A DNA stretch of 64,000 nucleotides from Escherichia coli (GTDB lineage: Bacteria; Pseudomonadota; Gammaproteobacteria; Enterobacterales; Enterobacteriaceae). Positions 33,852-44,686 of the stretch are shown here, piece by piece; within the stretch, counting starts at the first letter, position 1, and each line of letters opens with the position of its first letter. The stretch lies in the NCBI RefSeq assembly GCF_044324875.1, contig NZ_CP172185.1; one strand, 5' to 3'. The translations under genes were made by a program, and so were the position numbers. The notes under the pieces are model-generated. The model made no database searches. It had not been told where the DNA came from and saw only the letters and a list, made by a program, of their open reading frames with translations.

Positions 33852-35282
33852 TCAGGCCAGCGTCCACAGTGAGCCGTCCGTCAGCACAGCCTCGCCGTGA
33901 GCTGCATATAGCGACAACCGGCGGGTTCCGGGCTGCGGGTAAATACGGCTGGACAGGGTGGCATCGCCATCGTTAACGAACACTTCCACCGATGAACGGT
34001 CCAGGAAAACCCGTAGCGTCAGATATTCTGCGCCAGGCAGCGCGATACTGCGGTAACCGTCCAGCCCCTCATCCGGGTAGTGACGCCAAAGCACCAGCCG
34101 TCCTGCCTGGTTATCCACATACAGCCGGAGCCCGTCTCCCAGGTGGATGCCGTAATGCTCTGCCTGACTGTCGAGGGTATGCCACGTCAGCACCAGTTCC
34201 ACGGCCTGTGCGTCCTCAGCCAGCAACTGCGTGCCACTGAGCCTTACAGGGTGTAACGGCTGGCACGTCCCGCGAAGGGATTCGGCTTCGCGAACCGGAC
34301 GCTGACACAGACGACCATGGCGTTCAAAAAGTTCCCTCGGCAGGGTCAGACATCCGGCCCAGGCCTCACGCTTTGTAGGCATCGGGGAGTCCCACATATT
34401 CATCCAGGCCATGATGATGCGCCGTCCGTCCTCCGCGACCAGGGACTGCGGGGCATAAAAATCATGACCGTGATCCAGTTCTTCAAATGCCCCGCTCAGG
34501 GCAAAAGCGGCCCCCGGCTGCCAGTGACCCGGTAAAACTCCGCTCTGAAAGCGGTTGCGGAACCGGTATCCGCCGGGCGTCATCCCCTGCGGGGAGAACA
34601 TCAGCCAGTGATGGTCGCCACAGCGGAAAAAGTCCGGACATTCCCACATATAGCTTTCTCCGGCTGCCGACTGCGCCAGAACCCGTTCCTGGCGCCAGTC
34701 CCGCAGGGATGTGCCGCGATACAGCAGCACCTGACCGGTGTCAGAGGTATCCCGCGCGCCGATAACCATCCACCAGTATCCCCCTTCCCGCCAGACCTTC
34801 GGGTCACGGAAATGCATGATGCCTTCCGGTGGCGTCAGCACGCAGCCCTGTTTCTCAAAGTGAATGCCGTCACGGCTGGTTGCCAGACACTGGACTTCGC
34901 GGATGATGCTGTCATCCCCCCGATCCTCCAGACAGAGATGACCGGTGTAGATAAGCGACAGCACGCCGTTGTCGTCCACTGCGCTGCCGGAAAAACAGCC
35001 ATCCCGGTCATATTCATCACCGGGTGCCAGCGCAACCGGCTCATGCTGCCAGTGCAGCATGTCCGGACTGGTGGCATGTCCCCAGTGCATCGGCCCCTGA
35101 TGTTCACTTGCCGGATGGTGCTGAAAGAATGCGTGATAGCGACCGCTGAAATAAATAAGCCCGTTCGGATCATTCATCCATCCGGCAGGTGGAGCCAGAT
35201 GAAAAACCGGGTACCAGGTATCACCACGACGGGCGCGGAGTGTATCAAGTGCAACCTGTGCAGAGGCAAGACGCTGTTTCAT
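33852..35282 (-). CDS. rafD: Glycoside hydrolase family 32 sucrose(-6-phosphate) hydrolase / invertase
   Basis: 476-aa ORF with GH32 motifs (WMNDPNG, FSGSA, RDP, EC). Confidence 0.75.
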   Translation of the reverse strand: MKQRLASAQVALDTLRARRGDTWYPVFHLAPPAGWMNDPNGLIYFSGRYHAFFQHHPASEHQGPMHWGHATSPDMLHWQHEPVALAPGDEYDRDGCFSGSAVDDNGVLSLIYTGHLCLEDRGDDSIIREVQCLATSRDGIHFEKQGCVLTPPEGIMHFRDPKVWREGGYWWMVIGARDTSDTGQVLLYRGTSLRDWRQERVLAQSAAGESYMWECPDFFRCGDHHWLMFSPQGMTPGGYRFRNRFQSGVLPGHWQPGAAFALSGAFEELDHGHDFYAPQSLVAEDGRRIIMAWMNMWDSPMPTKREAWAGCLTLPRELFERHGRLCQRPVREAESLRGTCQPLHPVRLSGTQLLAEDAQAVELVLTWHTLDSQAEHYGIHLGDGLRLYVDNQAGRLVLWRHYPDEGLDGYRSIALPGAEYLTLRVFLDRSSVEVFVNDGDATLSSRIYPQPGTRRLSLYAAHGEAVLTDGSLWTLA

Positions 35283-36571
35283 AAGCGAACCTCCGTCTGT
35301 GCTGTAGCGGTTTCTGCTGACGGGGCAGCCGTTTTACGGGTACTGCTCAGGGTGAAAGCCGATAACACGGTGACCGCAAGGACAATACCGCCCAGAACCA
35401 GATAGGTGTTCTGGAACCCCATGCGGTCATACAGGTGACCTGCAAAGGTTGAGAGGAATATCGCCGCCAGTTGTTTGGAGAACTGAAAGCCAATCAGATA
35501 AATGGTGGCCGACAGCCGGGTATCAAACACGCCGGTGATATACTTGAACGCACCAACCAGCAGGAATGGGACTTCAAGGGCATGCAGCATTTTCAGGATC
35601 ACCACTTCAGTAGCCGTGGTGGCAAAGGCCGACCCTGTGATGCGGATGGTCATAATCAGACCCGCGACAAGCAGTGTGTTTTTGGCACCAATGCGGTTGA
35701 TTATCCAGGGGGAGCAGAACATGATGATGGCATTGCAAATCTCGCCAGCCGTGGTGGCAAAACCAAATGCCCGGATCCCCGCCTGCGGCGTGTCAAAAAA
35801 TGCACGGAAGAACGTGGCAAACTGCTGGTCAAACACGTCATAGACGCAGGCCACCCCAATCATGTAAAGCACGAACATCCACATCTGACGCATACGAAAC
35901 AGACTGAACACCATTCCGGCGGAAATCACGGGCGAGTTGGCACCCAGCGCATTCATGACCATCGCTGTCTGACTGGTTCCGGGACGCGCCAGCGCCACCA
36001 GAAGGACCAGCAGCAATGCGCAGCCGGACCCCATCCAGAATACCAGGGACGGATCCACGTTGAAAAGCAGCCCTGCCGTGGTGGCACACAGCGCCCAGCC
36101 CAGACAGCCGAACATCCGGGCCTTACCGTATTCAAATCCGCTGCTGCGGCTGACACGTTCAATATAGGCTTCGATGGCACCGGCTCCCGCAGAAAAAACG
36201 AAGCCGATAAAAATCCCGCCGCTCAGTGCTCCGGCCCAGATGTTGAACCGCAGCAGCGGCGCAAAAACGTACAGAAAGAACGGTGCAAACAGGACCAGCA
36301 GCAGGCTGATGATCCACATCAGGTGTTTTTTCAGGCCAAGACGGTCTGAGATGACCCCCAGCAGCGGCTGGAAGCTGATGGCAAACAGGGAGAGGCATGA
36401 AAAAACAATCCCGGTATCCGTTTTACTCAGCCCCACAATGTCTGACAGCCAGACGGGCAGAAACGGGAAACAGGTTGCCATGATGAAAAAGTAGAGAAAA
36501 AAGAACAGACCAAATATCCAGAAATCGGGGTTTTTATGAGTACTGACAGTATTCATTATTGTTATCCTCAC
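35279..36571 (-). CDS. rafB: LacY-family oligosaccharide:H+ symporter (raffinose permease)
   Basis: 430-aa ORF colinear with LacY-type permeases (FWIFGLFFFLYFFIM, GKARMFGCLGWALC). Confidence 0.75.
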   Translation of the reverse strand: MRITIMNTVSTHKNPDFWIFGLFFFLYFFIMATCFPFLPVWLSDIVGLSKTDTGIVFSCLSLFAISFQPLLGVISDRLGLKKHLMWIISLLLVLFAPFFLYVFAPLLRFNIWAGALSGGIFIGFVFSAGAGAIEAYIERVSRSSGFEYGKARMFGCLGWALCATTAGLLFNVDPSLVFWMGSGCALLLVLLVALARPGTSQTAMVMNALGANSPVISAGMVFSLFRMRQMWMFVLYMIGVACVYDVFDQQFATFFRAFFDTPQAGIRAFGFATTAGEICNAIIMFCSPWIINRIGAKNTLLVAGLIMTIRITGSAFATTATEVVILKMLHALEVPFLLVGAFKYITGVFDTRLSATIYLIGFQFSKQLAAIFLSTFAGHLYDRMGFQNTYLVLGGIVLAVTVLSAFTLSSTRKTAAPSAETATAQTEVRL

Positions 36572-36610
36572 GGGACTGAGTGCAGGGAGCCGTGACCGGC
36601 TCCGGTCCTT

Positions 36611-38737
36611 TTATGCCAAACGTTCAAGGGCAATCAGCATGGCGCTTTCCGGATCCAGTACGGGAAGCTGAATACCGGCCTGCGCCAGCCATTCCCCACT
36701 GATGTCGGAGGTCTGGTTCATCCAGCCGGGCAGCCTGCGCATGGTATGCCCGCCTTCACCGACCAGCTGAATATCCGGATGGTCAACAACACGAAGCCGG
36801 TAACGGGCCTGTGGTGCCAGCCCCGGAAAACGTAGAGCACCCGGCAGGGTGTGATCCGGCATGGCAAGCTGGCTCACCAGGAAGAGCGCCTGCGACTGAT
36901 CCGGGCTGACCACCCCCTGCACCTGTGTCGCCGCATCCGGCATATCCACCCGCCATAGGGTGCCCGTGTGGATAAGCTGCCGCCATTCTTTGTAGAGCGA
37001 GGCATAGCGGCGGTAACCGGCGGATTCCTCTTCTCCGGCCGTTACCGGATCCAGCTCCAGTCCCATATGACCGAACAGGGCCGTCAGACCGCGAAAGGCA
37101 ATGCTGTGCTGCCGGAAGGTGGCATGGCAGCGATGATGACCGATGTGTGCCCCCATAACCTCCGGCGGGAAAAAGTAACTCATGCCACGCTGTATGGTGC
37201 AGCGCTCCAGGGCGTCATTGTTGTCAGAAGCCCAGAAGCGGTGCGTGCGGGTCAGAACCTCAAAGTCGATACGTCCACCGCCGGAAGCGCAGGACTCAAA
37301 CTCAACACGGGGAAAACGTTCGCGCAGGAGATCCAGCAGCCGGTAAAACTGACGGGTCTGCGCGTCCGCCGCCGCCCGACCTTCATGCCCGGCCTGGACC
37401 AGCTCGCGGTTCATGTCCCATTTCACATAGTCAACTGGGTGTTCGCCCAGCAGCCATAAACAGCGTTCATAAATGTAAGCAAAGGCCTCAGGAATGTTCA
37501 GGTTGAGAACATACTGATGTCTCCCGGTTGGTTGTGTGTACCCCGGCATTGACAGTACCCAGTCAGGATGGCGGCGAAAGAGGTCAGAGTCCGGGTTAAT
37601 CATTTCCGGTTCCACCCAGATACCGAACTCCATGCCGAGTGATTTCACATGGTTAATCACCGGCATCAGTCCGTCCGGATACTTCTGTTCATCCAGATAC
37701 CAGTCGCCCAGAGCCGCATGGTCATCATTGCGCCCCTTAAACCAGCCGTCGTCGATAATGAAACGTTCAACGCCAAGCGCTGCCGCACGTCCGGCCATCT
37801 GCATGATGTAGTTCGGGTCGTGGTCAAAATAAATACCTTCCCAGGTATTGAGGTGCACCGGACGGGGTTTCTGCTCAGGAAAACGGATGATTTCATCGCG
37901 CAGAAAACGGTGGTACTGCTGACTCATACCATTGAGCCCCTCCGGGGAATAGCTGGCGTACAGCCACGGCGTGTACACGGTCTCATCCTTCTTCAGGGCT
38001 TTTTCTCCGGGCATCCACAGTGCTTCCGCCTGGAGGTAACGCCGTCCGTCAGTTTTGACCTCACATTTCATGCGATGGTTGCCACTCCAGCCCAGATGTA
38101 CGGCCCACACCTCGCCCTGCTGTTCTGAGAAACCGGGGGCACCGGCAATCAGTGCCGGAAAATGCTCATGGGACGTGCGGCCCCGGCGGTTCTCCAGCAC
38201 AAAACCGTCATGTGTGAGACGGACCCTGTGCGGCTGAAACTCACGAGTCCAGCGTCCGTGGAAGGCCATGACTTCCTCTGCCCTTTCAGCCACAGGGAGC
38301 GTGATGGCGAAGCGGTTCACCTGCCAGTCCCCTTCACGGAGGTTCGTCAGGGCATGACGCATCTTCAGCACACCGGACGATGTCAGCACCAGTTCACTGA
38401 CCATGCGCAGACCCGCCACTGCATCCTCACTGGTCAGGGTGAGTGATTCTCCGGCCTGTACCACGCTGATGGTACGGAACACAGGGGACGCATCCAGCCC
38501 GTTGCGGTGTCCCTCCAGCCCCGGCGAGCCAAAAAGTCCCGCGCCGTTTTCGGCCATCAGCGTCAGTGGGGTGTCGGTATCCAGACGACCATTCGCAACC
38601 GGCCTTTCCAGGCTGATACAGTCATCCGGTGAAAAGTGTTTCAGGGTGGATCCCCACCAGACAATCTCTGCATACGGGTGGGTTTTAATAATCAGGTCTG
38701 AGTGGGGACTGGTCAGCCTGCGGTACATCGGTTCCAT
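36611..38737 (-). CDS. rafA: Alpha-galactosidase (GH36)
   Basis: 708-aa ORF; GH36 core (ERFIIDDGWF, KWDMNR, SCASGGGR). Confidence 0.8.
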   Translation of the reverse strand: MEPMYRRLTSPHSDLIIKTHPYAEIVWWGSTLKHFSPDDCISLERPVANGRLDTDTPLTLMAENGAGLFGSPGLEGHRNGLDASPVFRTISVVQAGESLTLTSEDAVAGLRMVSELVLTSSGVLKMRHALTNLREGDWQVNRFAITLPVAERAEEVMAFHGRWTREFQPHRVRLTHDGFVLENRRGRTSHEHFPALIAGAPGFSEQQGEVWAVHLGWSGNHRMKCEVKTDGRRYLQAEALWMPGEKALKKDETVYTPWLYASYSPEGLNGMSQQYHRFLRDEIIRFPEQKPRPVHLNTWEGIYFDHDPNYIMQMAGRAAALGVERFIIDDGWFKGRNDDHAALGDWYLDEQKYPDGLMPVINHVKSLGMEFGIWVEPEMINPDSDLFRRHPDWVLSMPGYTQPTGRHQYVLNLNIPEAFAYIYERCLWLLGEHPVDYVKWDMNRELVQAGHEGRAAADAQTRQFYRLLDLLRERFPRVEFESCASGGGRIDFEVLTRTHRFWASDNNDALERCTIQRGMSYFFPPEVMGAHIGHHRCHATFRQHSIAFRGLTALFGHMGLELDPVTAGEEESAGYRRYASLYKEWRQLIHTGTLWRVDMPDAATQVQGVVSPDQSQALFLVSQLAMPDHTLPGALRFPGLAPQARYRLRVVDHPDIQLVGEGGHTMRRLPGWMNQTSDISGEWLAQAGIQLPVLDPESAMLIALERLA

Positions 38738-38830
38738 AAGACATCTCCGTTTTCGGGTATGCCTTACTGTTGATCCGAATCGTTTCGGATAGCAACCGAA
38801 ACGATTCGGATTTGTGAGCGGGATTAAAAA

Positions 38831-39841
38831 TCAGGCGGAGGGAGCAAGCGTTGTCTTGCCAGGATGAAATTCCGGCTGCCAGAGTACTTGTAGCATTTCA
38901 GGTGAAACATTCGTGACCAGCTGGCGTATCATGTCGGCAATCTGACGACCGACGCGATGTCGTGTTGACTGAAGAACTGCAGCCACATCCTGTTCAATAA
39001 TACTGTCCTGCGGCAGACCATCATAAACCACAAGAGAGACGGCATCCTCTCCGGACAGATGACCGGATAACTGCAGCGACATGGCCGCGCCATCACCGAT
39101 CAGGTCACTGTCGGTAATAATGGCCGTCGGGGGAAGCGGAAGTGACATTAACTCAGTCACTGCCTGGAAACCTGAGCGTCGGGTGGGAGAGACCCGGCGT
39201 AGCCAGGTCTCAGGCAGACCATGTTCACTCAGGGCATCGCGCCATCCCTGACGTCGTGCAGTGACATAGGCACGGGAGTTGTCCTCACTCAGCAGGGCAA
39301 TTCGCTGATGGCCCAGGGCAATCAGGTGCTGTGTGGCCTGCCAGGTTCCTGCATGGTTATCAAAGTCAAACCAGGCACAGGGAAGACCGGACGGCACCTG
39401 ACCGAGTGCCAGAAACGGAATACCGGCCTCCTGCAGGTGTGTAAGACGCGGGTCATTATCCATCGTGTGCGCCACGATAAGGGCATCAACCCGGCGGCTT
39501 TCGACCAGACGCATATAGCTGTGGCTGTCAGCCCGTTCATCATCGGCTATCAGCAGTAAGTCAATATCATGGCGGGCCAGTTCCCGGCTGATACAACTGA
39601 CCATATCCACAAACACACTACTGCTGAACAGTACAGCATGTTCAGGGAAGACCAGGCCGACCGCATCGGTTTTACCGGTTTTGAGACGTCTTGCCAGGGT
39701 ATTCGGGCGATAACCACGACGCCGAGCTTCCGCTTCTACACGTGCACGGGTCGAAGCGGAAACGTCCGAAAATCCGCCAAGCGCCCGGCTGACTGTGGTG
39801 ACAGAGATCCCGAGTTCGGCGGCGATAGCCTTGAGTGACAT
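38831..39841 (-). CDS. rafR: LacI-family transcriptional repressor (raffinose operon repressor type)
   Basis: 336-aa ORF with N-terminal helix-turn-helix (LKAIAAELGISVTTVSRALGG) and periplasmic-binding-fold domain. Confidence 0.7.
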   Translation of the reverse strand: MSLKAIAAELGISVTTVSRALGGFSDVSASTRARVEAEARRRGYRPNTLARRLKTGKTDAVGLVFPEHAVLFSSSVFVDMVSCISRELARHDIDLLLIADDERADSHSYMRLVESRRVDALIVAHTMDNDPRLTHLQEAGIPFLALGQVPSGLPCAWFDFDNHAGTWQATQHLIALGHQRIALLSEDNSRAYVTARRQGWRDALSEHGLPETWLRRVSPTRRSGFQAVTELMSLPLPPTAIITDSDLIGDGAAMSLQLSGHLSGEDAVSLVVYDGLPQDSIIEQDVAAVLQSTRHRVGRQIADMIRQLVTNVSPEMLQVLWQPEFHPGKTTLAPSA

Positions 39842-40266
39842 ATTTTCTCCTGCGGATAACTGAACAGCCCTGTCCCTGATGCGGGTGATCCGGGCAACAA
39901 ACCTGACAGAGACGCCTGCATAAGTGGTCGCGCTGTACCAGTATGAGCCTCCATCATCCTGATTTGTGTATTAACTTTCAATACCGGAGGACGATTTGAT
40001 TACCGGTTGTTAGCAGGAGTGCGAATATTAGACCGACGGTGGAGATCTAAGACTCAGTGAGCATAGCGATACACTATATTACTGTAATTAAGCCAGTAAA
40101 CTTCCTGTTCACTGGCTTAAACGCTAATGATGTATGCAGTTGAACAAGCTTTTAAACTAATGATTAATTGATATATAGACTGGCCCCCTGAATCTCCAGA
40201 CAATCAATATCACTTAAATAAGTGATAGTCTTAATACTAGTTTTTAGACTAGTCATTGGAGAACAG

Positions 40267-40632
40267 ATGATTGATGTCTTAGGGCCGGAGAAACGCAGAC
40301 GGCGTACCACACAGGAAAAGATCGCAATTGTTCAGCAGAGCTTTGAACCGGGGATGACGGTCTCCCTCGTTGCCCGGCAACATGGTGTAGCAGCCAGCCA
40401 GTTATTTCTCTGGCGTAAGCAATACCAGGAAGGAAGTCTTACTGCTGTCGCCGCCGGAGAACAGGTTGTTCCTGCCTCTGAACTTGCTGCCGCCATGAAG
40501 CAGATTAAAGAACTCCAGCGCCTGCTCGGCAAGAAAACGATGGAAAATGAACTCCTCAAAGAAGCCGTTGAATATGGACGGGCAAAAAAGTGGATAGCGC
40601 ACGCGCCCTTATTGCCCGGGGATGGGGAGTAA
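40267..40632 (+). CDS. insC: IS2 OrfA (InsC)
   Basis: [26 protein letters not shown]... 121 aa, matches recalled E. coli InsC. Confidence 0.85.
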
Positions 40633-41495
40633 GCTTAGTCAGCCGTTGTCTCCGGGTGTCGCGTGCGCAGTTGCACGTCATTCTCAGACGAACCGATGAC
40701 TGGATGGATGGCCGCCGCAGTCGTCACACTGATGATACGGATGTGCTTCTCCGTATACACCATGTTATCGGAGAGCTGCCAACGTATGGTTATCGTCGGG
40801 TATGGGCGCTGCTTCGCAGACAGGCAGAACTTGATGGTATGCCTGCGATCAATGCCAAACGTGTTTACCGGATCATGCGCCAGAATGCGCTGTTGCTTGA
40901 GCGAAAACCCGCTGTACCGCCATCGAAACGGGCACATACCGGCAGAGTGGCTGTGAAAGAAAGTAATCAGCGATAGTGCTCTGACGGGTTTGAGTTCCGC
41001 TGTGATAACGGAGAAAAACTGCGGGTCACGTTCGCGCTGGACTGCTGTGACCGTGAGGCACTGCACTGGGCGGTCACAACGGGTGGCTTCGACAGTGAAA
41101 CAGTACAGGACGTCATGCTGGGAGCAGTGGAACGCCGCTTTGGCAGCGAGCTTCCGGCGTCTCCAGTGGAGTGGCTGACGGATAATGGTTCATGCTACCG
41201 GGCGAATGAAACACGTCAGTTCGCCAGGATGTTGGGACTTGAACCGAAGAACACGGCAGTGCGGAGTCCGGAGAGTAACGGAATAGCAGAGAGCTTCGTG
41301 AAAACGATAAAGCGTGACTACATAAGTATCATGCCCAAACCAGACGGGTTAACGGCAGCAAAGAACCTTGCAGAGGCGTTCGAGCATTATAACGAATGGC
41401 ATCCGCATAGTGCACTGGGTTATCGCTCGCCACGGGAATATCTACGGCAGCGGGCCAGTAATGGGTTAAGTGATAACAGGTGTCTGGAAATATAG
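40590..41495 (+). pseudogene. insD: IS2 OrfB (InsD) with in-frame TAG at 40974-40976 (TGG to TAG, Trp to stop)
   Basis: ORFs 40590..40976 and 41115..41495 are in the same frame; ..KESNQR*CSDGFEF.. where E. coli InsD has ..NQRWCSDGFEF. Confidence 0.75.
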
Positions 41496-41821
41496 GGGCA
41501 AATCCAATCGTTAGCCATGGCCTCCCTACTCCAGAGATAATATAAAGGGGCGGGCTCAACAGATTTATCTTTACGTCGCTTGCACTGCAAATATTCAGAA
41601 ATTAGTCTATGCAGTTCACCAGTAAAATCAGCCATCAGAGAGGGAATTGCCTTATTCATACCTGGGCAAGGTATTAATTTAAATTGTAATAATTTAATTT
41701 TAGGATGTGTAGCTGCAGCCCGATACAGAGTTGCAAGGACACACTTTTGCCAGAGGACGTTACAGGAAAGCTTAATGTTTGATTCTGTATACATAATAAA
41801 TCACCTTACAGTTACAATAGG

Positions 41822-43477
41822 TCAAAAACCGCTGTAGCCAAAGTTACGCTGACCTGATGCTTTAGTGTCGAGCTTCGTCAGATAATCCAGACGTGCCAAT
41901 AAGCGCTGATACTGCTCAGGGAAATCAGGATCGTTAATATCCAGGATGTAACGTCCATTAGTAGGGAAATGAACTAATCCCTGGTGATCTTCCAGTTCCA
42001 ACCCTAAGGCGCTGTACCAGGCTCCGGTAATTAACCCTCTCAGGGTGTCAGAGCGCTCATAGTCTCCCAGGTGGTAATAGGCGTCTTTGTTAAACAACAG
42101 GCAGACGTGATAATGACATTTAAAGGACTGTGTATATTCTTTCGCCCAGATAATACAAACCGACGTTGCGTAGGTGCGTTTGCCTTATTGTTTTTTACGG
42201 TGTTGATCTGCATTAATTTTCGCATTCAGCGAGTTACGGAAACGAGATATCTCTCCGGGGATCAGGTTAGGGAAACAGGTAATGGTATCCCCGTTGTCAA
42301 TCACAGGAGGGTAATGGAGATCCACCCGTATTGCTGTTATTCTGGAAGTATTTTTAATATTCGTATTGATAGTTCTCAGAGATATATCACACTCTAGATA
42401 TTTTAATTAAGTATCAGTTCGATATCGGCATATTGTACACTACCTCAGGTAGATGATGAGATCAGATACAGGGATCAACTGACGGTGAACGCAGTCCCCA
42501 CATTTTATCCAGGGCTTACTGCATATTCCCAACAGCCATTCGTTAGCCAGGTAGACGAATACCCTTTCCGCTGGTTTTGCTTTCCCATCGAAGGGCCCAT
42601 ACATCATCACGCCCGCGAAACAACCGACGAAATAATGCAACCTTCTCGTCGGTGGATAATACGAAAACGCACTGCACAGGGCTCTGCGGTTTACGTCACC
42701 ATTCAATCCCATGAGCTTCAAGTTATGCTTGCCCTTAGTGCAGCTAATTCATCACTGTCAGATTTATGAACTATATGCGTTATCTGTACCTGCCCCACGG
42801 GGTACCACCACAGAAGATGAAGTGTCATAGTCCCCTGCGCTGAGGACAAAGCTACGCATTAACGACAAATCCACGCGATAACTTACGATAGTTCGGACAT
42901 AAGCCCCCATAATTCAGTTATGTCGTGGTCGGCCGCGGTTACTTTTTTCGGGAAGCCTGCTACGGCCCAGAATAATACCGTGTTCTTTCTGATCCTGTTT
43001 AGCCAGATAGCTAAGGGCGTAACGTAAGTCGTCTACCGCAGACTTATCACTATAGTGAATCACGTGATCGATACGCACCGGGTATTTATCTTTAGCCCGG
43101 CACAGATGAAAATAAGCCTCCCCTTCCGTGATCCGCCTCCAGATATCTCCCAGTTGCCTGGATATCTGATAAGAGTTCTTGTGACGTTGTCCATCCAGAT
43201 AGCCGATAAAATGAATATGAAGCCCTTTGTCTGGTGTATATTCCATAACCCAGTAATATCCTGCCAACATCGTCTGGGTTTCGCTAAGTAAACGGTATAT
43301 TTCCATACACATACTGTGCTTACAGGAATGCCCGAAACTGGGCGTGTCTTTCCTGTAGGCAAAATCAATTCTGAAAGGTAACAGTTTAGAAAAACGTTGA
43401 AACAATCCCTCCATGTGTTCATTCACATCTTTCAGAATCGCGAAATTCATTTCGTAATTGGGATTGGCATTATACAT
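41822..43477 (-). pseudogene. YagK/YfjJ-like (inovirus Gp2-family) prophage gene, decayed into several frames
   Basis: Same-strand ORFs 42914..43477, 42440..42721, 42040..42225, 41822..42097 with dispersed similarity to the family; assignment from memory only. Confidence 0.4.
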
Positions 43478-44610
43478 TTTATAGTCCTTAATTTATAAAA
43501 CTCACAGGAAGAGGAAATTATGTAAATACTGAGAGAACATAAACGCCGTACCACGGCATTAATAAACGAAGTAAACCAGCAGCACAGACACCCTGATAAA
43601 ACTGTTTTGTATTACCGCATCGCTGTAACAAGGTAATACTTCAGAATTCAGTGAGGCTCTCTTAAACAGAGGACCAGTAAGAATTACAATGGTAAAAACA
43701 CACCTCATAGAATTGAGTTTAAGGAAGCACCATTCACTCAACCTGACATTCACAAAAGTCAGTACCAGGTGGCCTCAGGTAACATCGCTATTAATATTAT
43801 CCTGCCATTAAGTAAAAACAGAAACTCTGTGAGGAAGTCTCACCAATATTTGACCAGTAGCATAAAGAATAACGATATGAGAGATACGCCCACACCAGAG
43901 ATGATTACCCCATACAAAAAGATAATATTTATTAATACCACCGCACCTCAATAGACTAATAACACACTAATAGCGTTTTGGTACACACTTAACACTAACT
44001 ATGCACCAGACACATACTCAGGATTAACATTCCCAACATTTATGGTACTCTCAAAGAGTATAATTCACCACACAGGTAAACTCTCACACCAGTAGTATGG
44101 AGATAATGCTGTACACATACTTACAGAGTAAAGTGTACAGTTAGCATACAGTGGCGAGCAGACATTACAACATAAAGACATAAGATAGCATAATAAGAAC
44201 ATAACAAAACTCCCACTAATAATACTAATTAACCTTAATTCTTTTTTGAACAGGAAATCAACATTGCTCCAGACCTCTTCAGGTCATACACTTTTGTATT
44301 GGATGTTCAATGTGTACTTCTGCACAAACAAAAAAATAAAACCCGCAAAATAAAATATCAGCCCCAAAAATACAGCGTGAAACACCACGTTATGGATATG
44401 TTTTCATATCACCAGAAGCATATTTCACACATACAATACAGAAACAATTCATCATATAATCAGGGTTACTGTTCACTCCTCTCGGTTATCCGCGAGACGA
44501 TAAAACATGACACTAATCACAAAAACGAGAGATAGTATTTGCGAAATATAAACAACATAAAAATCAATGCGTTGCGATTTTTTATTTTTTCAGACATGCA
44601 TGCCCCCTCT

Positions 44611-44645
44611 GCTATTGTTGCTAGCCGGCTAGCAACAATAGCAGG
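44611..44645. repeat. Perfect 17-bp inverted repeat CTGCTATTGTTGCTAGC-C-GCTAGCAACAATAGCAG
   Basis: Read directly; about 40 bp downstream of the 607-aa ORF stop; no flanking U-run, so not a canonical terminator. Confidence 0.6.
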
Positions 44646-44686
44646 GATATACAAACATCGGATGCCAAAAACACGTTCCGATAATA

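Larger units (their letters stand above)
40176..41506 (+). mobile_element. IS2 (1331 bp), no 5-bp direct repeat
   Basis: Left end TAGACTGGCCCCCTGAATCTCC, right end ...TATAGGGGCAAATCCA; insC/insD inside. Confidence 0.85.

Noticed and set aside
35471-36349. 292-aa + strand ORF overlapping rafB
   Set aside because: Antisense to the LacY-family permease; basic, low-complexity translation typical of GC-rich antisense frames.
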